Origin: Candidatus Velamenicoccus archaeovorus
GTDB taxonomy: Bacteria > Omnitrophota > Gorgyraeia > Velamenicoccales > Velamenicoccaceae
Direction: 5' to 3'
Assembly (NCBI RefSeq): GCF_004102945.1
Contig: NZ_CP019384.1
Coordinates: forward strand, 780,001-812,000
Length of the DNA stretch: 32,000 nucleotides
Within the stretch, counting starts at the first letter, position 1, and every line of letters starts with the position of its first letter. The position numbers and the translations under genes were made by a program. The notes under the pieces were generated by a model. That model saw only the letters and a list, made by a program, of their open reading frames with translations. It did not search any database and was not told the DNA's origin. Below are positions 17,255 through 24,087 of this stretch, piece by piece.

Positions 17255-17591
17255 GTTGTATTTTTTGTTTCTTTTGTGGAACAAGAAAGCCATTAGGCTA
17301 GTTCTTAAAGATTGCTTGAAGGAGGCAGAAAACGAAAAAATAAGCGATTTTTTTGAAGGTCGGTGTAGCCCTAAAGAAATTATAACCTTTTGGTGTTTTT
17401 TGAAGGTTGTCTGCCCGGCTAAAATCATCCGGCATGATTTTCTTTGTCCCATCGATTTATATTTTTTCCTCATAGTTTATCTCTATATTTTTGATCTAAA
17501 GATTTTGGATAAAAGGGATATTTATCTGGCAAAAATTCAATCTGGAAGCTCTAAAAACAGCTTTATTTTACCATAAAAACAAATCTCTGCA

Positions 17592-17619
17592 AGTTCCTAT
17601 AATATATATTATGTTAACT
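17592..17619. other. dif-like XerC/XerD chromosome dimer resolution site
   Basis: AGTTCCTATAA-TATATA-TTATGTTAACT, i.e. an 11-6-11 architecture with partially inverted arms. It matches 25/28 positions of the B. subtilis dif and 22/28 of the E. coli dif, both sequences as I recall them. It lies exactly at the convergence of + and - gene orientation. Confidence 0.8.
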
Positions 17620-17800
17620 TGAGCATATATGAAAGATTGACGCAGACAAGCGGTATTATAATAGGTTATGAAAAATGATATTCAGACACTTATTTTGAGT
17701 ATTTGGTTTTACCTGGTTTTAATTCCTTTAAAATATGTCCCAAAAGCCCTACTTTATCTTACTCGGGATGAATTCCGGTCAGGACGGCCGGTGAGATGGT

Positions 17801-18809
17801 CTAGCCGCCATATCTGGCGTTGATTTTATCCTGGGCCATGAGGAGGGCCTCCCTTCTTTTTTGTTCAGGCAACAAGGGAGGGGTTTCATCAAAAACGAGG
17901 CCGGAGAGGGTGACACCGAGGGCTCTGACAGGCCTAAAAATGCCCTTCTTTTGGCCAAAAATGGCCCTAGAATGCATGAATATCTCCCAGCCGTTAAAAG
18001 GGGTATTGAAAAGGTTTTTTGTCTTACAAAAGACTCATTTTTGGAATTGATCCATAGGCTGATGGTCTTTCCTTGGCACCTGTTTTTTCTGGCGCGCCGG
18101 GCGACCATTTCTGACAGCATTCTGAGCCATGAAAAGACAACATTCCGGTTACATATTTCTGCTGACAGCGTGTAGGAATGGCCGATGGATTTTAGAGGTT
18201 CGGCTGTGTCGGTTGCGCCTTTTCTGTAGGATGGATTTCCATCTGTCCTTAAAGCTTGGTACAGCCAGGATCCAACGGTCCGGCCGAAATTCGCAACCAG
18301 CATGCTTTCGGGTGTGGTTTTAAGCTGGCCGCAGATGGAACAGGCTGATCCAAAACCTCCTTTATTTATGTATTTATGCGTTTTTTATCCGCCTTCGCGC
18401 AGCCGCCTTGGACGATCCAGAGCCTCTGGCGGGAAAATCATGGGCGTGAACTCGTGGATGCCCGCCGGCTGTCAGCCGGCGAGGTCTCGGCAACGGCGGA
18501 AATGCAGACAGGCACTACGGGCTCGCCTCTCGGCAAAGCCGAGGGCTGTAAAGCCGCGGGGGCTCCATAGTTTTTCCAAGCTCCAAGGGGCGGTCCGAAA
18601 ATGGGGTCCAGGCTGTGCGGATGCCCGATTGAATTCTTCGATACTTACACAGTTCTACAAAGGGTGAGAATTCTGCAACGGATCGGATATTTTGTAGGTA
18701 TATCTGGGGAGGAATCGTGATTCTTTGTGTTGGACGCCGCGGTGGTGGGTACCTGAAGAATGCCACACATTTGTGTGGATATCAAGGCAGGTAAGGAATG
18801 GGTTTACAT
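17801..18809 (-). pseudogene. dinB: Y-family DNA polymerase IV (DinB-like) pseudogene with multiple frameshifts and stops
   Basis: The track ORF 17779..18303 encodes ..FGRTVGSWLYQALRTDGNP..KSIGHSYTL..VARRARKNRCQGKTISL..RQKTF (DinB thumb/little-finger pattern) and then loses similarity. A different frame continues ..NTPFNGWEIFMHSRAIFGQKKGIFRPVRALGVTLSGLVFDETPPLLPEQKRREALLMAQDKINARYGG*, with its stop at 17801-17803. Upstream, palm-domain remnants (FSPFVEL, VSIEEF, PLELGK) are scattered over different frames. An ATG with an AAGGAGAG SD at 18809 is followed immediately by TAA. Confidence 0.7.
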
Positions 18810-18837
18810 TTGTGCTTCTCTCCTTTTTTTCTTTCTT

Positions 18838-19320
18838 TTAAAAAGCCGCCTTTTTGGCCGTATTCAGCATAAAATTAATCACGCGGTTGCTGACGCCTTC
18901 CTTGACCAGCGTGCTGACTTCTTCGGCTGTGAGCTTGAAGACGGCGCGCGTTATGGCGATCTTGTCAATGATGACGTCATCGTTGATTCCGGCTTTGCTC
19001 AAAAAGATGATGTCTGAAATGCCAAGTTTTTCCTGATCTGAAAAGATCGCTTGTTTCGGCTGGACTTCGATTGTCTTTTCGATTGTCTTGATGACGGTTT
19101 GCGTATAAACGCGGGTGTGAGGCCTGGGAGGCCAGTAATAATATCCGTGAGGATAGTGACCGTAGTTGGTGTAGAAAAGACGGTCTCTTCCATGTCTCTT
19201 GCCGTAGATAGGTCTGTCTGCGTTGGTGAAACCAAGACTGACGACATAGTCTGCCCTTGCCGCAGGAACGCACGTGAAAAACACTGCCATGACGATCAGA
19301 ATGCCTGCCCTTTTTTTCAT
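18838..19320 (-). CDS. Secreted protein, unknown function
   Basis: SD AAGGGGAG. Signal peptide MKKRAGILIVMAVFFTCVPAARA|D. A Tyr/Pro/His-rich segment (YGHYPHGYYYWPPRPH). A C-terminal helical module ISDIIFLSKAGINDDVIIDKI..LTAEEVSTLVKEGVSNRVINFML. Confidence 0.7.
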   Translation of the reverse strand: MKKRAGILIVMAVFFTCVPAARADYVVSLGFTNADRPIYGKRHGRDRLFYTNYGHYPHGYYYWPPRPHTRVYTQTVIKTIEKTIEVQPKQAIFSDQEKLGISDIIFLSKAGINDDVIIDKIAITRAVFKLTAEEVSTLVKEGVSNRVINFMLNTAKKAAF

Positions 19321-19506
19321 AATTTTCTCCCCTTATTTACCCCGTTAGAGAAAGCCGCCGTTTTCAAGCGGCGGTTACCCCGATTGAAGTCGACGGTGGT
19401 CTAAAACCACTATCAGCGTAGACCGGTTGTAGAACAGACTTCCCTGATGGGGGTTTCCTTATGATGTTTTATATATTAGACGATTTCAGGGGTGAAAGGT
19501 TTACCT

Positions 19507-19542
19507 TTGCTTAGGTATTTTTAGTTGCTTAGGTATTTTTAG
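19507..19542. repeat. Perfect 18-bp tandem duplication
   Basis: TTGCTTAGGTATTTTTAG occurs twice (19507-19524 and 19525-19542), in the intergenic region between two - strand genes. Confidence 0.95.
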
Positions 19543-19601
19543 TTCGTATCTGCAAAAAAGGATGGCCGGAAGGGGCAGGATGAAATATCGATCGGGAGCA
19601 G

Positions 19602-19925
19602 TCAGATATCTGAAAGTTTCTTTTGGGTGCTCATCAATTGGAGCCGGTCTTTTGTATCCCAGCGCGTCTGATTGAGTTCTTTTTCCTTTTGATCCTGCAG
19701 GAGGGTCTCATGGGATTGGAGGGTTTTTATTTTCTCGTTGTTCTTTTCCAGTAAGGACCTGTAACCCGCTCCTTGCTGTTGGGTGTGGATGGGCGCGATG
19801 TCTTTCTGCGATTCTTCGTATTTAATGGTCCCCGTAGAGGCTAACCAGATCAGAAGAAAACCAAGAGATAGAAACGATACGACACCTATGGAAATGAGTA
19901 GCCAGTTTGGGAGCTTGTTTTCCAT
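19602..19925 (-). CDS. Small membrane-anchored coiled-coil protein, unknown function
   Basis: N-terminal TM helix (WLLISIGVVSFLSLGFLLIWLA) followed by a charged helical region. No clear SD. Confidence 0.5.
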   Translation of the reverse strand: MENKLPNWLLISIGVVSFLSLGFLLIWLASTGTIKYEESQKDIAPIHTQQQGAGYRSLLEKNNEKIKTLQSHETLLQDQKEKELNQTRWDTKDRLQLMSTQKKLSDI

Positions 19926-19994
19926 TGCAGTGCTTTTTAGAGAGGCCTTTTGCCGATTTTTTCAGAAGGTGGACAAGTTTACAAGAGAATCAAT

Positions 19995-20477
19995 CTAGGC
20001 AATGATCTTATAGACTTTGTCGTGTTCGTGGACAGGATGCGCTACTTTGATGCCGACAGCATCGCCTTTTTTGGCTTCTTTGACATCGGCATGCTCGATC
20101 TGCATGGATTCCACCTTTTGCATGAAATCATCGTGCGCGCCTTTGATATGGATCGTCTCTCCGGCTTTGAGGGTATCGTTCAGGGCGATGATGCCGACGG
20201 AGACCTTCCCGAAATAGTGCGAGATGACGCCGATTTCTTTTTCTGCCATGGTTCCTCCCTTTTGTTCACGTTTCCCTGTTTTGCCGCCACGAAGCTCTTC
20301 AAAGAAAAGGATGATGATTTTTCCCAGGAGCCAAATGGAGAAGATGACCAGGGCGAGGACAATGAGGATCCTTAAGAATAGAACGAGAAGCATCAAAAAC
20401 GGAAAGAGGATGATGCCGGCGCATAGCAGGAAACCGAGGACAAAAAGAAAAAGCAGGCCTATCAGGAAAGCTTTCAT
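19995..20477 (-). CDS. Membrane-anchored protein with an EF-Tu-domain-2-like beta-barrel (translation elongation factor-like small protein)
   Basis: The C-terminal 84 aa (MAEKEIGVISHYFGKVSVGIIALNDTLKAGETIHIKGAHDDFMQKVESMQIEHADVKEAKKGDAVGIKV..) match a stand-alone small protein family as I recall it. The N-terminal 60 aa are extremely hydrophobic. SDs precede both ATG 20477 (AAAGGAGGGACC) and the internal ATG 20249 (GGGAGGAACC). Confidence 0.7.
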   Translation of the reverse strand: MKAFLIGLLFLFVLGFLLCAGIILFPFLMLLVLFLRILIVLALVIFSIWLLGKIIILFFEELRGGKTGKREQKGGTMAEKEIGVISHYFGKVSVGIIALNDTLKAGETIHIKGAHDDFMQKVESMQIEHADVKEAKKGDAVGIKVAHPVHEHDKVYKIIA

Positions 20478-20578
20478 GGTCCCTCCTTTTGCGGTGACGT
20501 TCCAGCTTTTACTATTTATCAGAAATGTCTCTTTGTCAAGGGGTGATCTTGGAGGAACGTCCGGAGGGCGGTGCGGGG

Positions 20579-21841
20579 TCAGCGGTGATGGGAAAACCGT
20601 CTGCCGGCATGATGATGGTGTCCGGATGGTTTGCCCTGGGGTTTGTGTCTGGCCGCCTGTGACTCCTGGGTAAACTCTTCCGAGGGGATCTCCGGATGCC
20701 GTGAAACAGGCAGCGTTGCCCGTATCAGTTTTTCGATATCCCGCACGTCCCGGCTCTGGTCGGGCGTGGCAAAGGAGATGGCATGCCCTTTTTGTCCGGC
20801 CCTGGCTGTGCGGCCGATGCGGTGGACATAGTTTTCCGCGTCTTCGGGCAGGTCGTAATTGACGACCACCTCGATCCCCGAAACATCGATGCCCCTGGCG
20901 GCAATATCCGTTGCTACCAAGATCCTGTATCTTCCGGATTTGAAGCCTTCCAGGGCTTCGCGTCGTTGGTTGAGGGAACGGTCAGAATGGATCTCGGCTG
21001 CGCGGTGCCCCATCCCGCGGATGGATTGTGTGATCTTGTGCGCATAATGTTTGGTGCGGGAGAATAACAGGACCGAACCACGGTATTGCCTCAACAGCTT
21101 GTCCAGAAGCTTCATCTTGGTTTCTTTTTTGACGATGAATAATTCCTGCGTGACACGCTCGGCGACGGTCCCGGAGACGGCGATCTCGACGCTCACGGGC
21201 AGTTTCATGTGATGCGTCGCCATTTCCATGATCTCTTTGGGCATGGTGGCGGAGAAGAGCATGGTCTGCCTCTGTTTGGGGATGTATTTCAGGATCATGT
21301 TGATCTGGGGAGCAAAACCCATGTCCAGCATGCGGTCGGCTTCGTCGAGGACGAGCATGGTGACATCGTCGAGGATGATGTGCCATTGCCTCATGTGGTC
21401 GAGAAGTCTGCCTGGTGTCGCGATGACGATGCGCGGGTTTTTATGCAGGGCTACCGTTTGGGGTTCCATGGGCGCGCCTCCGATCAGACAGGCTGTTCTC
21501 ATGTTGAAGGGGTGCGCAAGGACGCCGAAGGCTTCATCGATCTGGATCGCGAGTTCACGGGTAGGCGCCAGGATCAGGCCCATGCCTTTTGTCTGACTGA
21601 GGCGCTGGATCATGGGAATAGCGAAAGAATGGGTTTTGCCTGTTCCCGTCTGCGCGATCCCGACGACATCCTTACCTTCCATAGCTAAAGGGATCGCCTT
21701 TCGCTGGATAGGCGTGGGGGTAATGAAATGGATGCGTTTGAGGATATCGAGGATGCCCGGGGCGATGCCCAGTCCATAAAAACTATCAGGGGACGCAGCA
21801 GGCTCCTGGGGGGTTTTGTTTGTCGTTGAATGATTTGTCAT
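20579..21841 (-). CDS. DEAD-box ATP-dependent RNA helicase (RhlE/CsdA-like)
   Basis: Q motif (TPTPIQ), AQTGTGKT, PTRELA, DEAD, SAT and HRIGRTARAG. Basic His/Arg-rich C-terminal tail. Start set at ATG 21841 (AAGGAG upstream); the track ORF starts at GTG 21871. Confidence 0.92.
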   Translation of the reverse strand: MTNHSTTNKTPQEPAASPDSFYGLGIAPGILDILKRIHFITPTPIQRKAIPLAMEGKDVVGIAQTGTGKTHSFAIPMIQRLSQTKGMGLILAPTRELAIQIDEAFGVLAHPFNMRTACLIGGAPMEPQTVALHKNPRIVIATPGRLLDHMRQWHIILDDVTMLVLDEADRMLDMGFAPQINMILKYIPKQRQTMLFSATMPKEIMEMATHHMKLPVSVEIAVSGTVAERVTQELFIVKKETKMKLLDKLLRQYRGSVLLFSRTKHYAHKITQSIRGMGHRAAEIHSDRSLNQRREALEGFKSGRYRILVATDIAARGIDVSGIEVVVNYDLPEDAENYVHRIGRTARAGQKGHAISFATPDQSRDVRDIEKLIRATLPVSRHPEIPSEEFTQESQAARHKPQGKPSGHHHHAGRRFSHHR

Positions 21842-21889
21842 CTTGGAAAATCTCCTTTGAGGAAAAAGCACGGCAGGATAGGGTGTGAA

Positions 21890-21931
21890 GAGAAAGAAAT
21901 AAAGCCCGGCATCACGCGGACGCCGGGCTTT
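21890..21931 (-). terminator. Rho-independent terminator downstream of the cold-shock gene
   Basis: AAAGCCCGGC (21901-21910) / GCCGGGCTTT (21922-21931) form the stem. On the - strand a T-rich tract follows (ATTTCTTTCT). Confidence 0.75.
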
Positions 21932-21946
21932 AAGCGTGGTTAAAGA

Positions 21947-22147
21947 TTACAGCTTGACGACGTTAACCGCCTGCTCGCCCTTGGGGCCCTGTTCGATGTC
22001 GAACTCGACCTGCTGACCTTCATCCAAAGACTTGTAACCTTCGCCCTTGATCGCGGTGTGATGCACGAAGACATCCTTGCCGTTTTCAGGGGTGATGAAT
22101 CCGTAACCCTTCTGGTTACTGAACCACTTCACAACTCCTTTTGCCAT
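21947..22147 (-). CDS. Cold-shock protein, CspA family
   Basis: 66 aa. RNP1 KGYGFI and RNP2 VFVHH. SD AAAAGGAGG. Confidence 0.95.
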   Translation of the reverse strand: MAKGVVKWFSNQKGYGFITPENGKDVFVHHTAIKGEGYKSLDEGQQVEFDIEQGPKGEQAVNVVKL

Positions 22148-22349
22148 AGCTTGTTACCTCCTTTTCTTAAAATTATAGTAAACCCCGTTAGAAATCCTGT
22201 TCACTTTTACCTGTTTGCGGGATCTCCAACGGGGTAATAATGACACAGATAAAAAACCGCAAGGTTAGATTTCTCCTCCTTGCGGCCTGAAGACTTCTAA
22301 TCTTTGTTTACTACGGAACTCATTATAGCAAGCTTTCCGTTTTTGTCAA
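22148..22349 (-). promoter_or_regulatory. Structured csp upstream/leader region with candidate promoter(s)
   Basis: On the - strand: TTGACA (22349-22344), a 16-nt spacer, then TATAAT (22327-22322). A 16-bp stem pairs 22220-22235 with 22182-22197 (14 Watson-Crick pairs plus 2 G-U). A second TATAAT (22177-22172), without a good -35, sits 25 nt from the ATG. Confidence 0.5.
22251..22285 (-). terminator. Intrinsic-terminator-like hairpin (purF-like gene terminator and/or csp leader attenuator)
   Basis: - strand RNA: CCGCAAGG, a 13-nt loop, CCUUGCGG, then UUUUUU (stems at 22278-22285 and 22257-22264, U run at 22251-22256). Confidence 0.7.
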
Positions 22350-22356
22350 ATAATAT

Positions 22357-23823
22357 TTATTTTTGTTTTTTTGTCGTTTCCTTGCCCGCTTCAGCTGATC
22401 TTTTATGCGTCGCCGCCTCAGCCGGATATTCGCCGGTCCAGCAATAAAGGCAGAGCTTTTCTTTCGGCAGGCCGATGGCCTTGATCATGTCGTCGATGGT
22501 CAGATACCGTAAGGTCGTCACTTCCAGGTCCCGGGCGATCCACTCTACCATCTTGGCATATTTCTCGGAATGCGGCACCAGATATTCCGAGATATCCTCG
22601 ATATCGCGGCCTTCGATGGCCCGGATGGCGCGGCGGGCGACCAGCTCCTGCGTGGTGCGCGTCGAGAGGCAAAAACGGCATGGAAATAGCAGCGGTGGAC
22701 AGGCCGGCCGGACATGGACCTCCTTGGCGCCGCAATCCCAGAGCTTGCGGATGGCGAAATTTTTCAGTTGCGTGCCTCGGACGATGGAGTCTTCGCAGAC
22801 GATCATGCGGTTGCCTTCGATGATGGAACGGATCGGGATGAGTTTCATCTTGGCGACAAGGTCGCGGGTTTCCTGTGATGGCGGCGTGTAACTGCGGCCG
22901 TAGCCGGCCGTATATTTCACAAGGGGCCTGCGGTAAGGCTTTTTGGATTCCATGGCGTAGCCGATAGCATGGCCGACGCCCGAATCCGGCACGCCTGAGA
23001 CGACGTCTGCTTCGATGTCTTTGTCTTGTCGCGCCAGCGCCTGGCCGCAGCGTTCGCGTACGAGCTCCACGCCGATGTTTTCATAACTGGACGCCGGGAA
23101 TCCCGTATAGATCCACAGGAACGTGCAGATTTGCTGGTTGGGGCGTCCGGGCGTGCGGCTGACGAGGCCGTTGTTTTCGTTCAATAAGATAATTTCTCCC
23201 GGGGCGAGGAACTTGACGGTTTCAAACCCCAGATTCGTGAAAGCGGTTGTTTCGCTTGCGACCGCCCACATGCCGTCGTTTTTTCCGAGCGCCAAAGGGG
23301 TATACCCTTTGCGGTCGCGAGCGGCATAGATGCCGTCTTCATGAAGGATCAGAAGCGAACAGGATCCCTGTATTTTTTCGAACATGCTTTCGATGCCATG
23401 GATCAGGTTGTCGCCGGTCGTGATGAGTTTGGCGATAAGCTCGGATGTATTGACCCCTGTGCGGCTGGGTTCGCTGAAGGATATCCCTTTCTCCAGGAGG
23501 TCCTGCACGAGGTCTTCTTTGTTTTCGATGAAGCCGGCCGTCACAATAAAGAACGAACCAAAACGTGAATGCGTAAAGATCGGCTGTTCGTCCGTGTCGC
23601 TGATGGCGCCTATCCCCTTTTTGCCGTTCATCTGATGGTGGTCTTCGAAGAATTTGGATTTGAACTGCGTTTGATTGATTGCGTGGATTTTGTGATGGAA
23701 TTTCTCGCCCAAGACGGCCATGCCTCCGAATTCCGTCCCGAGGTGGGAGTGGTAATCCGTTCCGTAAAACAGGGCCTGATTGCAGTTCTCGTTGCTGGAA
23801 ATGACGCCGAAGAGTCCGCTCAT
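22357..23823 (-). CDS. purF: Amidophosphoribosyltransferase-like protein (PurF family, divergent N-terminus)
   Basis: Class II amidotransferase-like N-terminal half. PRTase motif MIVCEDSIVRGTQ. Cys-rich segments PACPPLLFPCRFC and CLYCWTGEY resemble those of Fe-S-type PurF. The N-terminus is MSGLFG rather than MCG.. Confidence 0.8.
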   Translation of the reverse strand: MSGLFGVISSNENCNQALFYGTDYHSHLGTEFGGMAVLGEKFHHKIHAINQTQFKSKFFEDHHQMNGKKGIGAISDTDEQPIFTHSRFGSFFIVTAGFIENKEDLVQDLLEKGISFSEPSRTGVNTSELIAKLITTGDNLIHGIESMFEKIQGSCSLLILHEDGIYAARDRKGYTPLALGKNDGMWAVASETTAFTNLGFETVKFLAPGEIILLNENNGLVSRTPGRPNQQICTFLWIYTGFPASSYENIGVELVRERCGQALARQDKDIEADVVSGVPDSGVGHAIGYAMESKKPYRRPLVKYTAGYGRSYTPPSQETRDLVAKMKLIPIRSIIEGNRMIVCEDSIVRGTQLKNFAIRKLWDCGAKEVHVRPACPPLLFPCRFCLSTRTTQELVARRAIRAIEGRDIEDISEYLVPHSEKYAKMVEWIARDLEVTTLRYLTIDDMIKAIGLPKEKLCLYCWTGEYPAEAATHKRSAEAGKETTKKQK

Positions 23824-23898
23824 AACAAGTACTCCTTTGTATTTGTGTCTGCGCGTGATGCCGTCTGGCGCCTCTGGTGAAGAGGTCCAGCGGCGGGG

Positions 23899-24078
23899 TT
23901 AATCTTTCGTCAGCTCGCTGATTTTTTCTTCGATCTTCTTTTTATGTTTGTATTCCTCATTGAGAAGGTCCGAGAGAAGATCGGCGATCTCCGGATGAGC
24001 GTTGGTGAGTTTTTTATAGAGCGCGATGGAACCATTTTCTTTCTCCAGAGCGAGCTTCAGGGCTTCTATGGCCAGCAT
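23899..24078 (-). CDS. Small (59 aa) ferritin-like/rubrerythrin-type helical protein (below the ORF-track cutoff)
   Basis: GGAGGGACC-ATG. My translation is MLAIEALKLALEKENGSIALYKKLTNAHPEIADLLSDLLNEEYKHKKKIEEKISELTKD. The pattern ..E....Y....(spacer)..EE..H resembles one half of a ferritin-like four-helix-bundle metal site. Fits exactly between pip and the purF-like gene. Confidence 0.55.
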   Translation of the reverse strand: MLAIEALKLALEKENGSIALYKKLTNAHPEIADLLSDLLNEEYKHKKKIEEKISELTKD

Positions 24079-24087
24079 GGTCCCTCC

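Noticed and set aside
17240-17576. 107-aa (+) and 77-aa (-) ORFs in the AT-rich gap
   Set aside because: The 107-aa ORF starts at TTG. Neither has an SD. Both have low-complexity Phe/Leu/Lys-rich composition typical of AT-rich non-coding DNA, and both overlap the pilin terminator.
18302-18766. 121-aa (+), 64-aa (+) and 83-aa (-) ORFs
   Set aside because: They lie inside the degraded dinB region. The - strand piece is a pseudogene fragment and the + strand ones are Arg/Pro/Ala-rich shadow frames.
19340-19349. The 10-nt motif CCCCGTTAGA is shared between the leader of the 160-aa secreted protein gene (19340-19349) and the csp leader (22183-22192)
   Set aside because: Exact 10-mer repeats are expected many times by chance in 32 kb. 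The surrounding similarity is short, so it is not treated as a regulatory motif without comparative evidence.
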